From a candidate division FCPU426 bacterium (GTDB taxonomy: Bacteria > Oederibacteriota > Muellerivitia > Muellerivitales > Muellerivitaceae), in contig JASHQZ010000055.1 of assembly GCA_030038835.1 (NCBI GenBank), positions 1 through 51,765 on the forward strand: 51,765 bases of DNA. The letters run 5' to 3'. The position numbers were made by a program, and so were the translations under genes. A model generated the notes under the pieces. The model saw only the letters and a list, made by a program, of their open reading frames with translations. It searched no databases and had not been told where the DNA came from. Positions 36,129 through 44,028 of the stretch are shown one piece after another; positions within the stretch are counted from its first letter, which is position 1; each line of letters opens with the position of its first letter.

Positions 36129-37452
36129 AACGCCGTTTCCCAGCCAAGCCACGATCGCTAAGCCCTTCACCTTTGAAGGTGTGGGTCTGCACACGGGTAA
36201 AAAATGTCGTGTGACGGTTTCCCCCCTGCCGGATGGATCGGGCCTACGGTTTTTCAGGTCCGATCTAAAAGTGGAAATCCCAATTTCTCCAGAAGCGGTT
36301 TTCAGCACCCAACGAGGAACAACCTTGGCTGGAGGGGAAAACGCCGTTATTCATACTATTGAACATTTCCTGGCTACGGTCCAAGGGCTTGGAGTCACCA
36401 ACCTTCAAGTGGAGATGGACTCAGAGGAAATGCCTATCCTGGACGGTAGTGCCGCCCCTTTTTGCGAATTGTTCAAAAAAGCGGGAATCCTGCTGCAAAA
36501 AGGCAGCGTGGACCCCTTGCGGGTCACCGAGCCCATCGAACTGAATTTTGGGGAAACCGTCCTAAAGGCCGAGCCTGCGGAAGGTCTCTACTTGGAAGTC
36601 ACGACCTCCTTTCCCTATCCCGGCTTGGAAAACCAAAAAAAGACCTTTCGGCTGCCCGAACAGAGTTTTGAGGATGAATTGGCTAGGGCCCGGACTTTTT
36701 GTTTTGAGGAGGAGGTGGAACAGCTTCGGCGCCAGGGGCTCATCAAAGGGGGCCACTTGGATTGCGCTATCGTCTTGGGGAAGGTCGGCATCCTGAACGG
36801 CCCCTTCCGGTATGAGGACGAGATCGTCCGTCACAAGACGCTGGATTTGTTGGGCGATCTGACGCTCTTGAACCGTCCCTTGTGGGCGAAAGTTACCGTG
36901 AAGAAAGCCGGACACCGTTACCACGTGGAATTGGCGAAGGCCATCCTGAGACAGTCCGGAAAAGGGAACCGGAAAATCAAACCTGCCTTAAAAGAGGGGG
37001 CTATGCTCGATATTACGGAAATCCAGAAAATCCTTCCCCACCGGTACCCTTTTTTGTTGGTGGACCGAATCTTGGAATTGGAGCCCAACAAGAGGGTGGT
37101 GGCGATCAAAAACGTGACGATGAACGAACCGTTTTTCCAAGGACATTTTCCCGATAACCCCATCATGCCTGGGGTCCTTGTCATTGAGGCCATGGCTCAA
37201 GCAAGCGGAGGCGCTTTGCTCACCGAAAACGGAAGTAAAGGAAAAGGCCTCTATTTAGCTGGAATCGAAAACGCGAGGTTCCGCAGGCCCATCCGTCCGG
37301 GCGATCAAATCCGTTTTGAGGTGGATGTCATTTTGCGCCGCTCCAACATCGCGAAAGTGCGCGGGAAAGCCTTTGTGGATGGACAATTGGCTGTCGAAGC
37401 CGAGATTACCAGCGCCATTGTGGATAGGACATCTGGAGAGGGGGAAAAATGA
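36118..37452 (+). CDS. lpxC-fabZ: Bifunctional UDP-3-O-acyl-GlcNAc deacetylase / 3-hydroxyacyl-ACP dehydratase (LpxC-FabZ fusion)
   Basis: The N-terminal ~290 aa are LpxC (GVGLHTGK, TIEHFLA, MPILDGSAAPF, HKTLDLLGDL). The C-terminal ~150 aa are FabZ (ILPHRYPFLLVDRI, FFQGHFPDNPIMPGVLVIEAMAQ). Confidence 0.92.
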   Translation: MGNKTPFPSQATIAKPFTFEGVGLHTGKKCRVTVSPLPDGSGLRFFRSDLKVEIPISPEAVFSTQRGTTLAGGENAVIHTIEHFLATVQGLGVTNLQVEMDSEEMPILDGSAAPFCELFKKAGILLQKGSVDPLRVTEPIELNFGETVLKAEPAEGLYLEVTTSFPYPGLENQKKTFRLPEQSFEDELARARTFCFEEEVEQLRRQGLIKGGHLDCAIVLGKVGILNGPFRYEDEIVRHKTLDLLGDLTLLNRPLWAKVTVKKAGHRYHVELAKAILRQSGKGNRKIKPALKEGAMLDITEIQKILPHRYPFLLVDRILELEPNKRVVAIKNVTMNEPFFQGHFPDNPIMPGVLVIEAMAQASGGALLTENGSKGKGLYLAGIENARFRRPIRPGDQIRFEVDVILRRSNIAKVRGKAFVDGQLAVEAEITSAIVDRTSGEGEK

Positions 37453-37453
37453 A

Positions 37454-38239
37454 ATGCCCGTTTCCTCGCTGAAAGTCCACCCCACGGCCATCGTGGACTC
37501 CCGGGCCCGGCTGGGTGAAGGTGTTTCCATAGGGCCCTATTCCATCGTGGACGGGGATGTTGCGATCGGCGAAGGCACATTTATTGGCGCCCATTGCGTC
37601 ATCACCGGCCATACAACCCTGGGCCGCAAGAACCGGCTATTCACTGGCGCGGTGGTAGGGAGTGATCCGCAGGACGTCAAGTACCACGGTGAGGAAACCT
37701 TCCTGGAGATCGGAGATGGGAACGTCATCCGCGAATACGCGACCATCAACCCGGGGACGGGTGAAGGCAGCAAAACGGTCATCGGCAACGACAACTGGCT
37801 GATGATCCAATCCCACGTGGGCCATAACTGCGTCATCCACAACCATGTGAAGCTGGCCAACGGCGTAATGCTAGGCGGGCACGCGGTCATTGGGGACCAT
37901 GCGACGGTGGGCGGCGGCACGCCCGTCCACCAATATGTGCGGATTGGAAAACACGCGATGATCGGCGGAGGCTTCCGGGTGGTCCAAGATGTAGTGCCCT
38001 TCATGATCGCGGGCGACGAGCCCCTGAAAATTTACGGGTTGAACCAAATCGGTTTGGAGCGCAACCAATTCCCCAAGGAAACCATCGACGCCCTGAAAAA
38101 AGCCCACCGTGTCATCTTCCGCCAGAACCTAACCTTGAAAGAAGCTGTCCAAACCCTTTCCGTAGACTTCCCGCCCCTTGAGGAGATCAAGTGCTTGATT
38201 GAATTCCTCCAATCCTCCACCCGCGGAATTGTTCGCTAA
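37454..38239 (+). CDS. lpxA: Acyl-ACP--UDP-GlcNAc O-acyltransferase
   Basis: VHPTAIVDSRARLGEGVSIGPYSIV hexapeptide repeats and a C-terminal helical domain. The ATG is 2 nt after the lpxC-fabZ stop. Confidence 0.92.
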   Translation: MPVSSLKVHPTAIVDSRARLGEGVSIGPYSIVDGDVAIGEGTFIGAHCVITGHTTLGRKNRLFTGAVVGSDPQDVKYHGEETFLEIGDGNVIREYATINPGTGEGSKTVIGNDNWLMIQSHVGHNCVIHNHVKLANGVMLGGHAVIGDHATVGGGTPVHQYVRIGKHAMIGGGFRVVQDVVPFMIAGDEPLKIYGLNQIGLERNQFPKETIDALKKAHRVIFRQNLTLKEAVQTLSVDFPPLEEIKCLIEFLQSSTRGIVR

Positions 38240-38241
38240 CG

Positions 38242-39051
38242 ATGGCCTCCTCGCCCGTGATCGGCTTGATTGCCGGGGGAGGGGAGCTTCCCATCCTTTT
38301 TGCCCACCAAGCCCAGCGCCGGGGATTGTCGGTCCGAACGGTCGCCCTCCGGGGCTCAGCCCCAATTTCGATTGAAAGAAATAGCGACGCTGTCACATGG
38401 ATTTCCATCGGCCAACTCGGCTCCCTGATCCGTTTTTTCAAGGGTCAGGGTGTCCGCCGGGCGGTCATGCACGGTAAAGTGCAGCATTCCCAGTTGTTCA
38501 GGAGCCTCCGCCTGGACTGGAAGGCCCTATCGCTTTGGAGCCGCTTAAAGGACCGATCGGGCGAAGCCTTGCTCAAGGCCGTGGCAGGTGAGTTGGGACA
38601 TGCGGGCGTGGAACTTTTGGATGGGCGGACTTTCATGGAGGAATCAGTTATCCGGAAGGGCTGGGTGACCCGAATCCGCGCCAAGAGCGATTCCAACCCT
38701 TCCATCGCTTATGGTCTCAAGCGAGCCCGCGTACTGGCTCGGCTGGGAATCGGCCAAACCCTGGTGGTCAAGGGTAATGCGGTGGTGGCTGTGGAAGGTA
38801 TGGAAGGCACAGACGAGGCCATACGCCGCGCCGGGCGTTGGGCCGGCCTTGGAACTATCGCAGTAAAAGTATCAAGCCCATCGCAAGACTGGCGCTTCGA
38901 TATTCCTACACTTGGACCTCGCACCCTTCAGAGCCTTATCTGGGCCAAAGCCAGGGGGATCGTCGTGGAGGGAGGGAAAAGCTTTCTGATTGACCGAGAG
39001 AAAACTCTTGCCTTGGCTGAAAAAAACGGGATCTTCATTCTTGCGGTTTAA
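38242..39051 (+). CDS. lpxI: LpxI (DUF1009) UDP-2,3-diacylglucosamine pyrophosphatase
   Basis: IGLIAGGGELP N-terminus and GQTLVVKGNAVVAVEGMEGTDEAIRRAG in the C-terminal domain. It sits directly after lpxA. Confidence 0.8.
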   Translation: MASSPVIGLIAGGGELPILFAHQAQRRGLSVRTVALRGSAPISIERNSDAVTWISIGQLGSLIRFFKGQGVRRAVMHGKVQHSQLFRSLRLDWKALSLWSRLKDRSGEALLKAVAGELGHAGVELLDGRTFMEESVIRKGWVTRIRAKSDSNPSIAYGLKRARVLARLGIGQTLVVKGNAVVAVEGMEGTDEAIRRAGRWAGLGTIAVKVSSPSQDWRFDIPTLGPRTLQSLIWAKARGIVVEGGKSFLIDREKTLALAEKNGIFILAV

Positions 39052-39194
39052 CTAAGGAACGAAATAATCGGTGGAGGCCTACCCCTTTCCAATAACCGAA
39101 GCTCACGGCTGACAGCCCATAGTCGAAGGCGAGGACGGGAAATGTGGTTTAAAGTCCTTGTGGTGAACCACTGATTGTTAGATATGGACTGCCG

Positions 39195-40283
39195 TTACCG
39201 GTTTTTCCAAACCAACAAGATGGGCCCGATAACCGCGAAGATCACGTTCGCGATCCAAACAGACAGGAAGGGGGACACCAGACCCGATTCCCCCAAGTGC
39301 TGGCCAATTTGCATGCCGCCGATGTAGGCGAAGGCCACCAGTGTGCAGATGCCAACGCTCGCGATGACACCGGTGTACTTGCGCATGCTCCAGCCCCAAG
39401 GAACCCCCAAGATGACCATAATGACGCAGCCGAAGGGCGAAGCGAACTTCAGGTAGAGGGTTACAAGCTCCTTGTGGTAGTCCGAGCCGTTGTGTTTGAG
39501 CTGGCGGATATAGGACGTCAGTTCCACCATGTTCAGCTCGCCGGGTTCTTTTTGGGCCTTAAGGAAATCGGCCGGCTTTTCAGGCAGGGGAATGGCCGCA
39601 CGGTCGAAGGCCTGGTCCGATATCTCCGCCCCTGTGTCGTCGAATGCCCTCTGATAACCACTGAAAAAAATCCATTGGCTGTTTTCGTACCGGGCCACCC
39701 GGGCGTCCAACCTGCTCTTGAGGCGCATATCCGAATCGAATTCCAGCACTAGGATGTCGGTCATGGTGTTGGTGGAGCCGTCGAAGGATCCGATGTGGTA
39801 GATCTCCCCCTCCGTTCCAACCATAGAGATGTTCTGGCGGGACAGGTTTGCCGATTCCTCCGGGGAGTGGGTGATTTCCACCGTCTTCGTATGGCGCTTG
39901 CGGGCCTCTGCCGTTGGCACAACCAATTCGCTGAATAGGAGGCTTAAGACGCAGATGGCAGCGCCGGCGAAAAAGAGGGGAACGGCGATGCGATAGATAT
40001 CCACTCCTCCGGACCGCATGGCGATTAGTTCGTTGCCCCGTGAAAGAGTGCCCATGGAAAAAAGCACGCCGAACAGGCAGGCAATGGGGAGGATTTGTAC
40101 CATGAAGCTTGGCAAGAAAAAAAAGAAGTATTTCAGGGTCACTCCGATCCCAGGCTTGAACTCCATGAGCAAATGCATATCGTTGAAGACTTGCACGACG
40201 AGTACGATGACGCTGAACCCGGCCAAGGCCAGAACGAAGGGCTTGGTGAACTCGCCGAGGATATACCTCGTGAGGACTTTCAT
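39195..40283 (-). CDS. lptG: LPS export permease, YjgP/YjgQ family (LptG position)
   Basis: MKVLTRYILGEF N-terminus, 6 TM helices and a periplasmic insert. The ATG at 40283 overlaps the upstream stop (ATGA). The longer track ORF to 40412 is rejected. Confidence 0.85.
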   Translation of the reverse strand: MKVLTRYILGEFTKPFVLALAGFSVIVLVVQVFNDMHLLMEFKPGIGVTLKYFFFFLPSFMVQILPIACLFGVLFSMGTLSRGNELIAMRSGGVDIYRIAVPLFFAGAAICVLSLLFSELVVPTAEARKRHTKTVEITHSPEESANLSRQNISMVGTEGEIYHIGSFDGSTNTMTDILVLEFDSDMRLKSRLDARVARYENSQWIFFSGYQRAFDDTGAEISDQAFDRAAIPLPEKPADFLKAQKEPGELNMVELTSYIRQLKHNGSDYHKELVTLYLKFASPFGCVIMVILGVPWGWSMRKYTGVIASVGICTLVAFAYIGGMQIGQHLGESGLVSPFLSVWIANVIFAVIGPILLVWKNR

Positions 40284-41440
40284 CGGCGGCTTTCCTTTCG
40301 GGAGCCTCGGGTGCGAACTGCGGAAGAAAAATGACGGAAGGCTGAATGCTCCATGATCACCAGGTAATAAAGCAGGCTGCCCAAAACCGCTAGGATGATG
40401 TCCGCGCCCCATAGTCCGGTCACGGGATTAAGAGTGCCTTGGTTACTGAGTGTCTCCCCCAGGACGAACATAAAATAATAAACGAAGATGAGGGCCAGCC
40501 CAAGAACAAAGCCCATGAAGCCCTTTGATTTGGTCCAAAGTCCCAAGGGGGCGCAAAACCAGGACAGCACTAGGCAGGCGAAAGGCAGGGACAACCTTTT
40601 CTGGTATTCGGACCTCAAGCGGTTGAGCCGTCCCGGGTCCATTTCTTGGGGGATAGCCCGCGAAAGTTCATCCAGGTCCATTTCCTCGTAGTCCTTTTTC
40701 ACGTCCGCCAGCCGGGACAGTTGGTTCTCGAAATTAAGGCGGATGATGTAGCGGTCGAAGTAAAGCTGGTTGTAAGTGTTGTAATTATTGTTGTCCCAGC
40801 TCATGACGCCGTTGTTGAGGTGAAAGAAAACCTGATAGGTGTTGGGGTCGTTGACGAGCGTGCCCGTTTTTGCCACGGTCGTCTGGAGGGGGGCTTTGGG
40901 CGACCAGTAATTGAAAGCCTTGATGTTGGAGAAAGATCCGTCGGGTTCCTGATGGTCGATTAAGAATCGATAATTTTCGAACTGATCGATCCAGACCTTC
41001 TCCCGGATGGCCAAATTCGCCTGCTTCTGGAGGATTTGGAATTGGGTTTCCTTGAATAGGAAGTTGGCGGCGGGCAGCACTTTGTCGTTGAAGTACATCA
41101 TGGCACCAGTCATCAAGAGGCCTAAAGCCAGCACGGGCGCAACCAAATGGAATAAATGGATTCCGCTGCTTTTAAAAGCGGTCACCTCCATGTCGGAGCT
41201 CAACCGGCCGAAAGCCAGAAGGGTTCCTACCATCATGGACATGGGGATGGTCATGGAAAGGATGAAGGGAACCAGGCTCAGGTACAGCACCAGGGTTTGG
41301 AAAAGGGGGACTTTTTTGTTGAGCACCAGGTCCAGCATCAGGAATATCTTGTTGGTCATGAAGAGGCAGGTGAGAAGGCCTACACACACCAGGAAAGAAG
41401 GGACCATTTCGGTGAGGACATAGCGGTAAACGGTTTTCAA
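40280..41440 (-). CDS. lptF: LPS export permease, YjgP/YjgQ family (LptF position)
   Basis: MKTVYRYVLTEM N-terminus with the same topology. It is the first gene of the minus-strand pair. Confidence 0.85.
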   Translation of the reverse strand: MKTVYRYVLTEMVPSFLVCVGLLTCLFMTNKIFLMLDLVLNKKVPLFQTLVLYLSLVPFILSMTIPMSMMVGTLLAFGRLSSDMEVTAFKSSGIHLFHLVAPVLALGLLMTGAMMYFNDKVLPAANFLFKETQFQILQKQANLAIREKVWIDQFENYRFLIDHQEPDGSFSNIKAFNYWSPKAPLQTTVAKTGTLVNDPNTYQVFFHLNNGVMSWDNNNYNTYNQLYFDRYIIRLNFENQLSRLADVKKDYEEMDLDELSRAIPQEMDPGRLNRLRSEYQKRLSLPFACLVLSWFCAPLGLWTKSKGFMGFVLGLALIFVYYFMFVLGETLSNQGTLNPVTGLWGADIILAVLGSLLYYLVIMEHSAFRHFSSAVRTRGSRKESRR

Positions 41441-42018
41441 TTCGCATCCTTGAAAGGCAGGTTACAGCCCATGGTCGACAAGTTCACAGCAAGACCTTCC
41501 TTCCGCTTTTTGACTCGGCTGTCAGCTGTGAAATGTGACCCGTCAGCTGCTTTCAGGGGGCAAAGTATAACATGGGTTTTCCCGCCAAAATACCGGCGTT
41601 CGGCCCACTCACGCCCGTTCAGTGACCTTTTTCGGCTTTTCGGGTATTCGCAACCCTTTTGCCCCCCGTTTGGGATATTTTTAACGAAGGGCGATTAGGA
41701 CTGGCTTGAGCGGCAAGACAACCGCAGCCGATCCTGATCTTGGGCACCACGGCCCTGCTCTAAGGCGGGGCCGTGTTCTTCTAAACATAAAAATTCCCCG
41801 TTTTGAAAAATGGGGCGAGGGGGCTGGAGTCTTTTTCGATAACCGAGTCCAAAATCCCCTGCCATCCCCCGGGATGGTTTGCCGACCAAGGGGCCTCAGG
41901 GTTTTATGAAGGGAGCGGTTCCGTTGGCCATGAAAGGACCCTCCACTTGCAAAAGGTGAAAATAAGCCGTTGGGATTATTCCAGTGTTGGTATCATCTCC
42001 GGAAAGAAGAGCCTGGCT

Positions 42019-42038
42019 CCGGGGAATACCCCGGTTTT
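42019..42038 (+). terminator. Terminator/attenuator-like hairpin CCGGGG-AATA-CCCCGG followed by TTTT
   Basis: A GC-only 6-bp stem, a 4-nt loop and a T4 run, 47 nt upstream of the preferred kinase start. Confidence 0.3.
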
Positions 42039-42084
42039 GGCGAAAACTGCCGCTGACGGATCGGCACAACCGGTGAAATGGCGG

Positions 42085-43218
42085 ATGAACCAACTCTGGA
42101 AAAAAATCTTCTTCCTTGATTTCGAGAAGTCCTTCTTTTCCTCCTGTGCCAAGCTCCTTTTTGTTTGGAACCCCCTTTGGACCCTTTTGGTCAGTTTTGT
42201 ATTGAGCAATTGGACCTTATCTCTTTTCCGCTGGGGCTGGAACTTTTTTGAGGCAAGCTGTGCCGTTTTGATAGGGTTGGTCCTTGTAAAAGCCTATCTT
42301 TTTGCGGAAAGAGCTTGGGCCCAATGGTCGGCTAAAAACCTTCCACGACACGGATTGGCCTGGCATCTTCTGTTTGTGGCTTTCGTAGCTCCTTTAGGGG
42401 TTTACATTGCGGATCATCTGATATTAGTTTTCATCAACTCTATTTACCCTGGCGAACCTATACCCTTCGAGTTTCATTGGCGGTTTTACGGCACCGAGAT
42501 TTCCTGGATTTGGTCCCTTTTTTTGGTTTGTTTCCTTTTCTTTTCCTTCTTGGATCTGCGGGACGCAGCCCGTTTAAGCCAAATCCGGGCCGAAGAGCTT
42601 GAAAAGGAAAGACTGCAGGCGGCCCTGGACAAACTAAAAGACCAGATGAATCCCCACTTCCTTTTCAATACCCTCAACACGGTGGCGGCCCTAATCCCCG
42701 CCGATCCCGGCAAGGCCGAGGAAGTGGTAGTGAAACTTTCGACCCTCTTCCAGGCAGTTTTGGAAGCCACCCGAGAATCCAACCATTCCCTAGTCAAAGA
42801 ATTGGAGTTCTGCAGGACCTACTTGGACATTGAAAAGGCTCGGTTTGGTCCACGGCTTTCCTCTTCTATTGAGATCGGGCAGGGGTTGGACCCCGCCCAG
42901 GTCCTGGTGCCCGTCCTTTTGCTTCAACCCCTAGTGGAAAACGCGGTGAAACACGGCCTTTCTTCCCGTGCGGCGGGGGGAAGGATCTGGATCCGGGCGG
43001 TGTTGGCCGGCGGTCGTTTGGAACTGGTTGTGGAGGACGATGGCGTGGGGTTTGGGAATTCCCCTTACGCGGGTTCGGGAACGGCCTTGGAGAATTGCCG
43101 CAAGAGGCTGGAATTGGGGTTTGGAAAAGAAGGACGGCTGGAAATAACACTCCGTCCAGGGGGTGGGACGAAAATCGGGTTGTCGATGCCGCTCTTAGCG
43201 GCAAATGGTAACGAATAA
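42085..43218 (+). CDS. LytS/YehU-type sensor histidine kinase (polytopic sensor, His_kinase plus HATPase_c)
   Basis: NPHFLFNTLNTVAALI (H box of the LytS family) and LLQPLVENAVKHG (N box), preceded by 4-6 TM helices. The ATG at 42085 is preferred because the 94-aa upstream extension from 41803 has no membrane or domain character. Confidence 0.8.
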   Translation: MNQLWKKIFFLDFEKSFFSSCAKLLFVWNPLWTLLVSFVLSNWTLSLFRWGWNFFEASCAVLIGLVLVKAYLFAERAWAQWSAKNLPRHGLAWHLLFVAFVAPLGVYIADHLILVFINSIYPGEPIPFEFHWRFYGTEISWIWSLFLVCFLFFSFLDLRDAARLSQIRAEELEKERLQAALDKLKDQMNPHFLFNTLNTVAALIPADPGKAEEVVVKLSTLFQAVLEATRESNHSLVKELEFCRTYLDIEKARFGPRLSSSIEIGQGLDPAQVLVPVLLLQPLVENAVKHGLSSRAAGGRIWIRAVLAGGRLELVVEDDGVGFGNSPYAGSGTALENCRKRLELGFGKEGRLEITLRPGGGTKIGLSMPLLAANGNE

Positions 43219-43240
43219 TTTATGGGTTTAGGGGGTCTTC

Positions 43241-43987
43241 ATGATTAAGGCTTTGATCGTCGATGACGAGTCTCCCGCCAGGTCGCGGCTAGCCCGATTG
43301 CTTTCCGCCTTCCCGGACTTGGAGGTAACCGGGGAGGCCGCCAACGGGTTGGAGGCCCTGCAGTCCGCCCAAACCCTCCATCCAGACCTGGTGTTTTTGG
43401 ACATTGAAATGCCCGAGCTGAACGGTCTGGAAGTGGCGGAAGCCTGGGGCGGGAAGGGGCCAGCGGTGGTTTTCGTGACGGCCTACAGTGAGCATGCCTT
43501 GAGGGCATTTGAGCTTTCGGCCCTGGATTACCTGGTGAAACCCGTGTCACCCGAGAGGCTAGCCGAAACCATGGACCGCCTGAAACGGCGTAAGGAATCC
43601 GGTTCCCGTGCTCCCCTCCAAAAGCTCATCGAACGCATGGAGGAGGGCCGCGCCCGCAGGCGCATGGCGGTCAAGTGCGGGTCCAAGTACCGCGTTTTCG
43701 AACCATCCCAGGTTTCGGCCATCGTGGCCCGCGAGCACTACGCTGCCTTGCTAGTGGACGGCCAGGAATTGTTATCCGACGATAGCCTGGACCAACTGGC
43801 CCAAAGGCTGGACCCCAACCGTTTCTTGAGGATTCACCGCAGCGCCATCATTAATCTGGATTACCTCAGGGAACTGGAACATGAGGGTGACCGCAAGTAC
43901 ACGGCGGTTTTGTCCGATCCGGCCAAAACACGCCTACCGGTAAGCCGCGAAAGGCTGGAGGATTTGAGGAAAACACTGGGATTGTAG
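43241..43987 (+). CDS. LytR/AlgR-family response regulator (REC plus LytTR DNA-binding domain)
   Basis: REC domain (ALIVDDE, LVFLDIEMPELNG, KP). LytTR domain (VSAIVAREHYAALLVDGQELL ... FLRIHRSAIINL). Confidence 0.9.
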   Translation: MIKALIVDDESPARSRLARLLSAFPDLEVTGEAANGLEALQSAQTLHPDLVFLDIEMPELNGLEVAEAWGGKGPAVVFVTAYSEHALRAFELSALDYLVKPVSPERLAETMDRLKRRKESGSRAPLQKLIERMEEGRARRRMAVKCGSKYRVFEPSQVSAIVAREHYAALLVDGQELLSDDSLDQLAQRLDPNRFLRIHRSAIINLDYLRELEHEGDRKYTAVLSDPAKTRLPVSRERLEDLRKTLGL

Positions 43988-44028
43988 AAAGATTGAGCAC
44001 TCTAAATTGGATTTTATGGATGGTTTAA

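Noticed and set aside
41555-41625. Possible c-di-GMP-I (GEMM) riboswitch, because of GGGGGCAAAG ... CCCGCCAAAAUACCGG
   Set aside because: Only a superficial GGCAAA/CAAA resemblance exists. I could not build the P1/P2 helices with a GNRA tetraloop and receptor, and the ACGCAAAGCC-type motif is absent.
41989-42040. Possible SRP (4.5S) RNA, because of UCCGGAAAGAAG
   Set aside because: The conserved domain IV symmetric/asymmetric loop sequence and the closing GNAR tetraloop are absent. The region is better explained as a simple terminator-like hairpin.
41803-42084. 94-codon N-terminal extension of the LytS-type kinase ORF
   Set aside because: The extension has no TM helix or domain character. 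It contains terminator-like hairpins. The family normally begins with the membrane domain, so the ATG at 42085 is preferred, although this is not proven.
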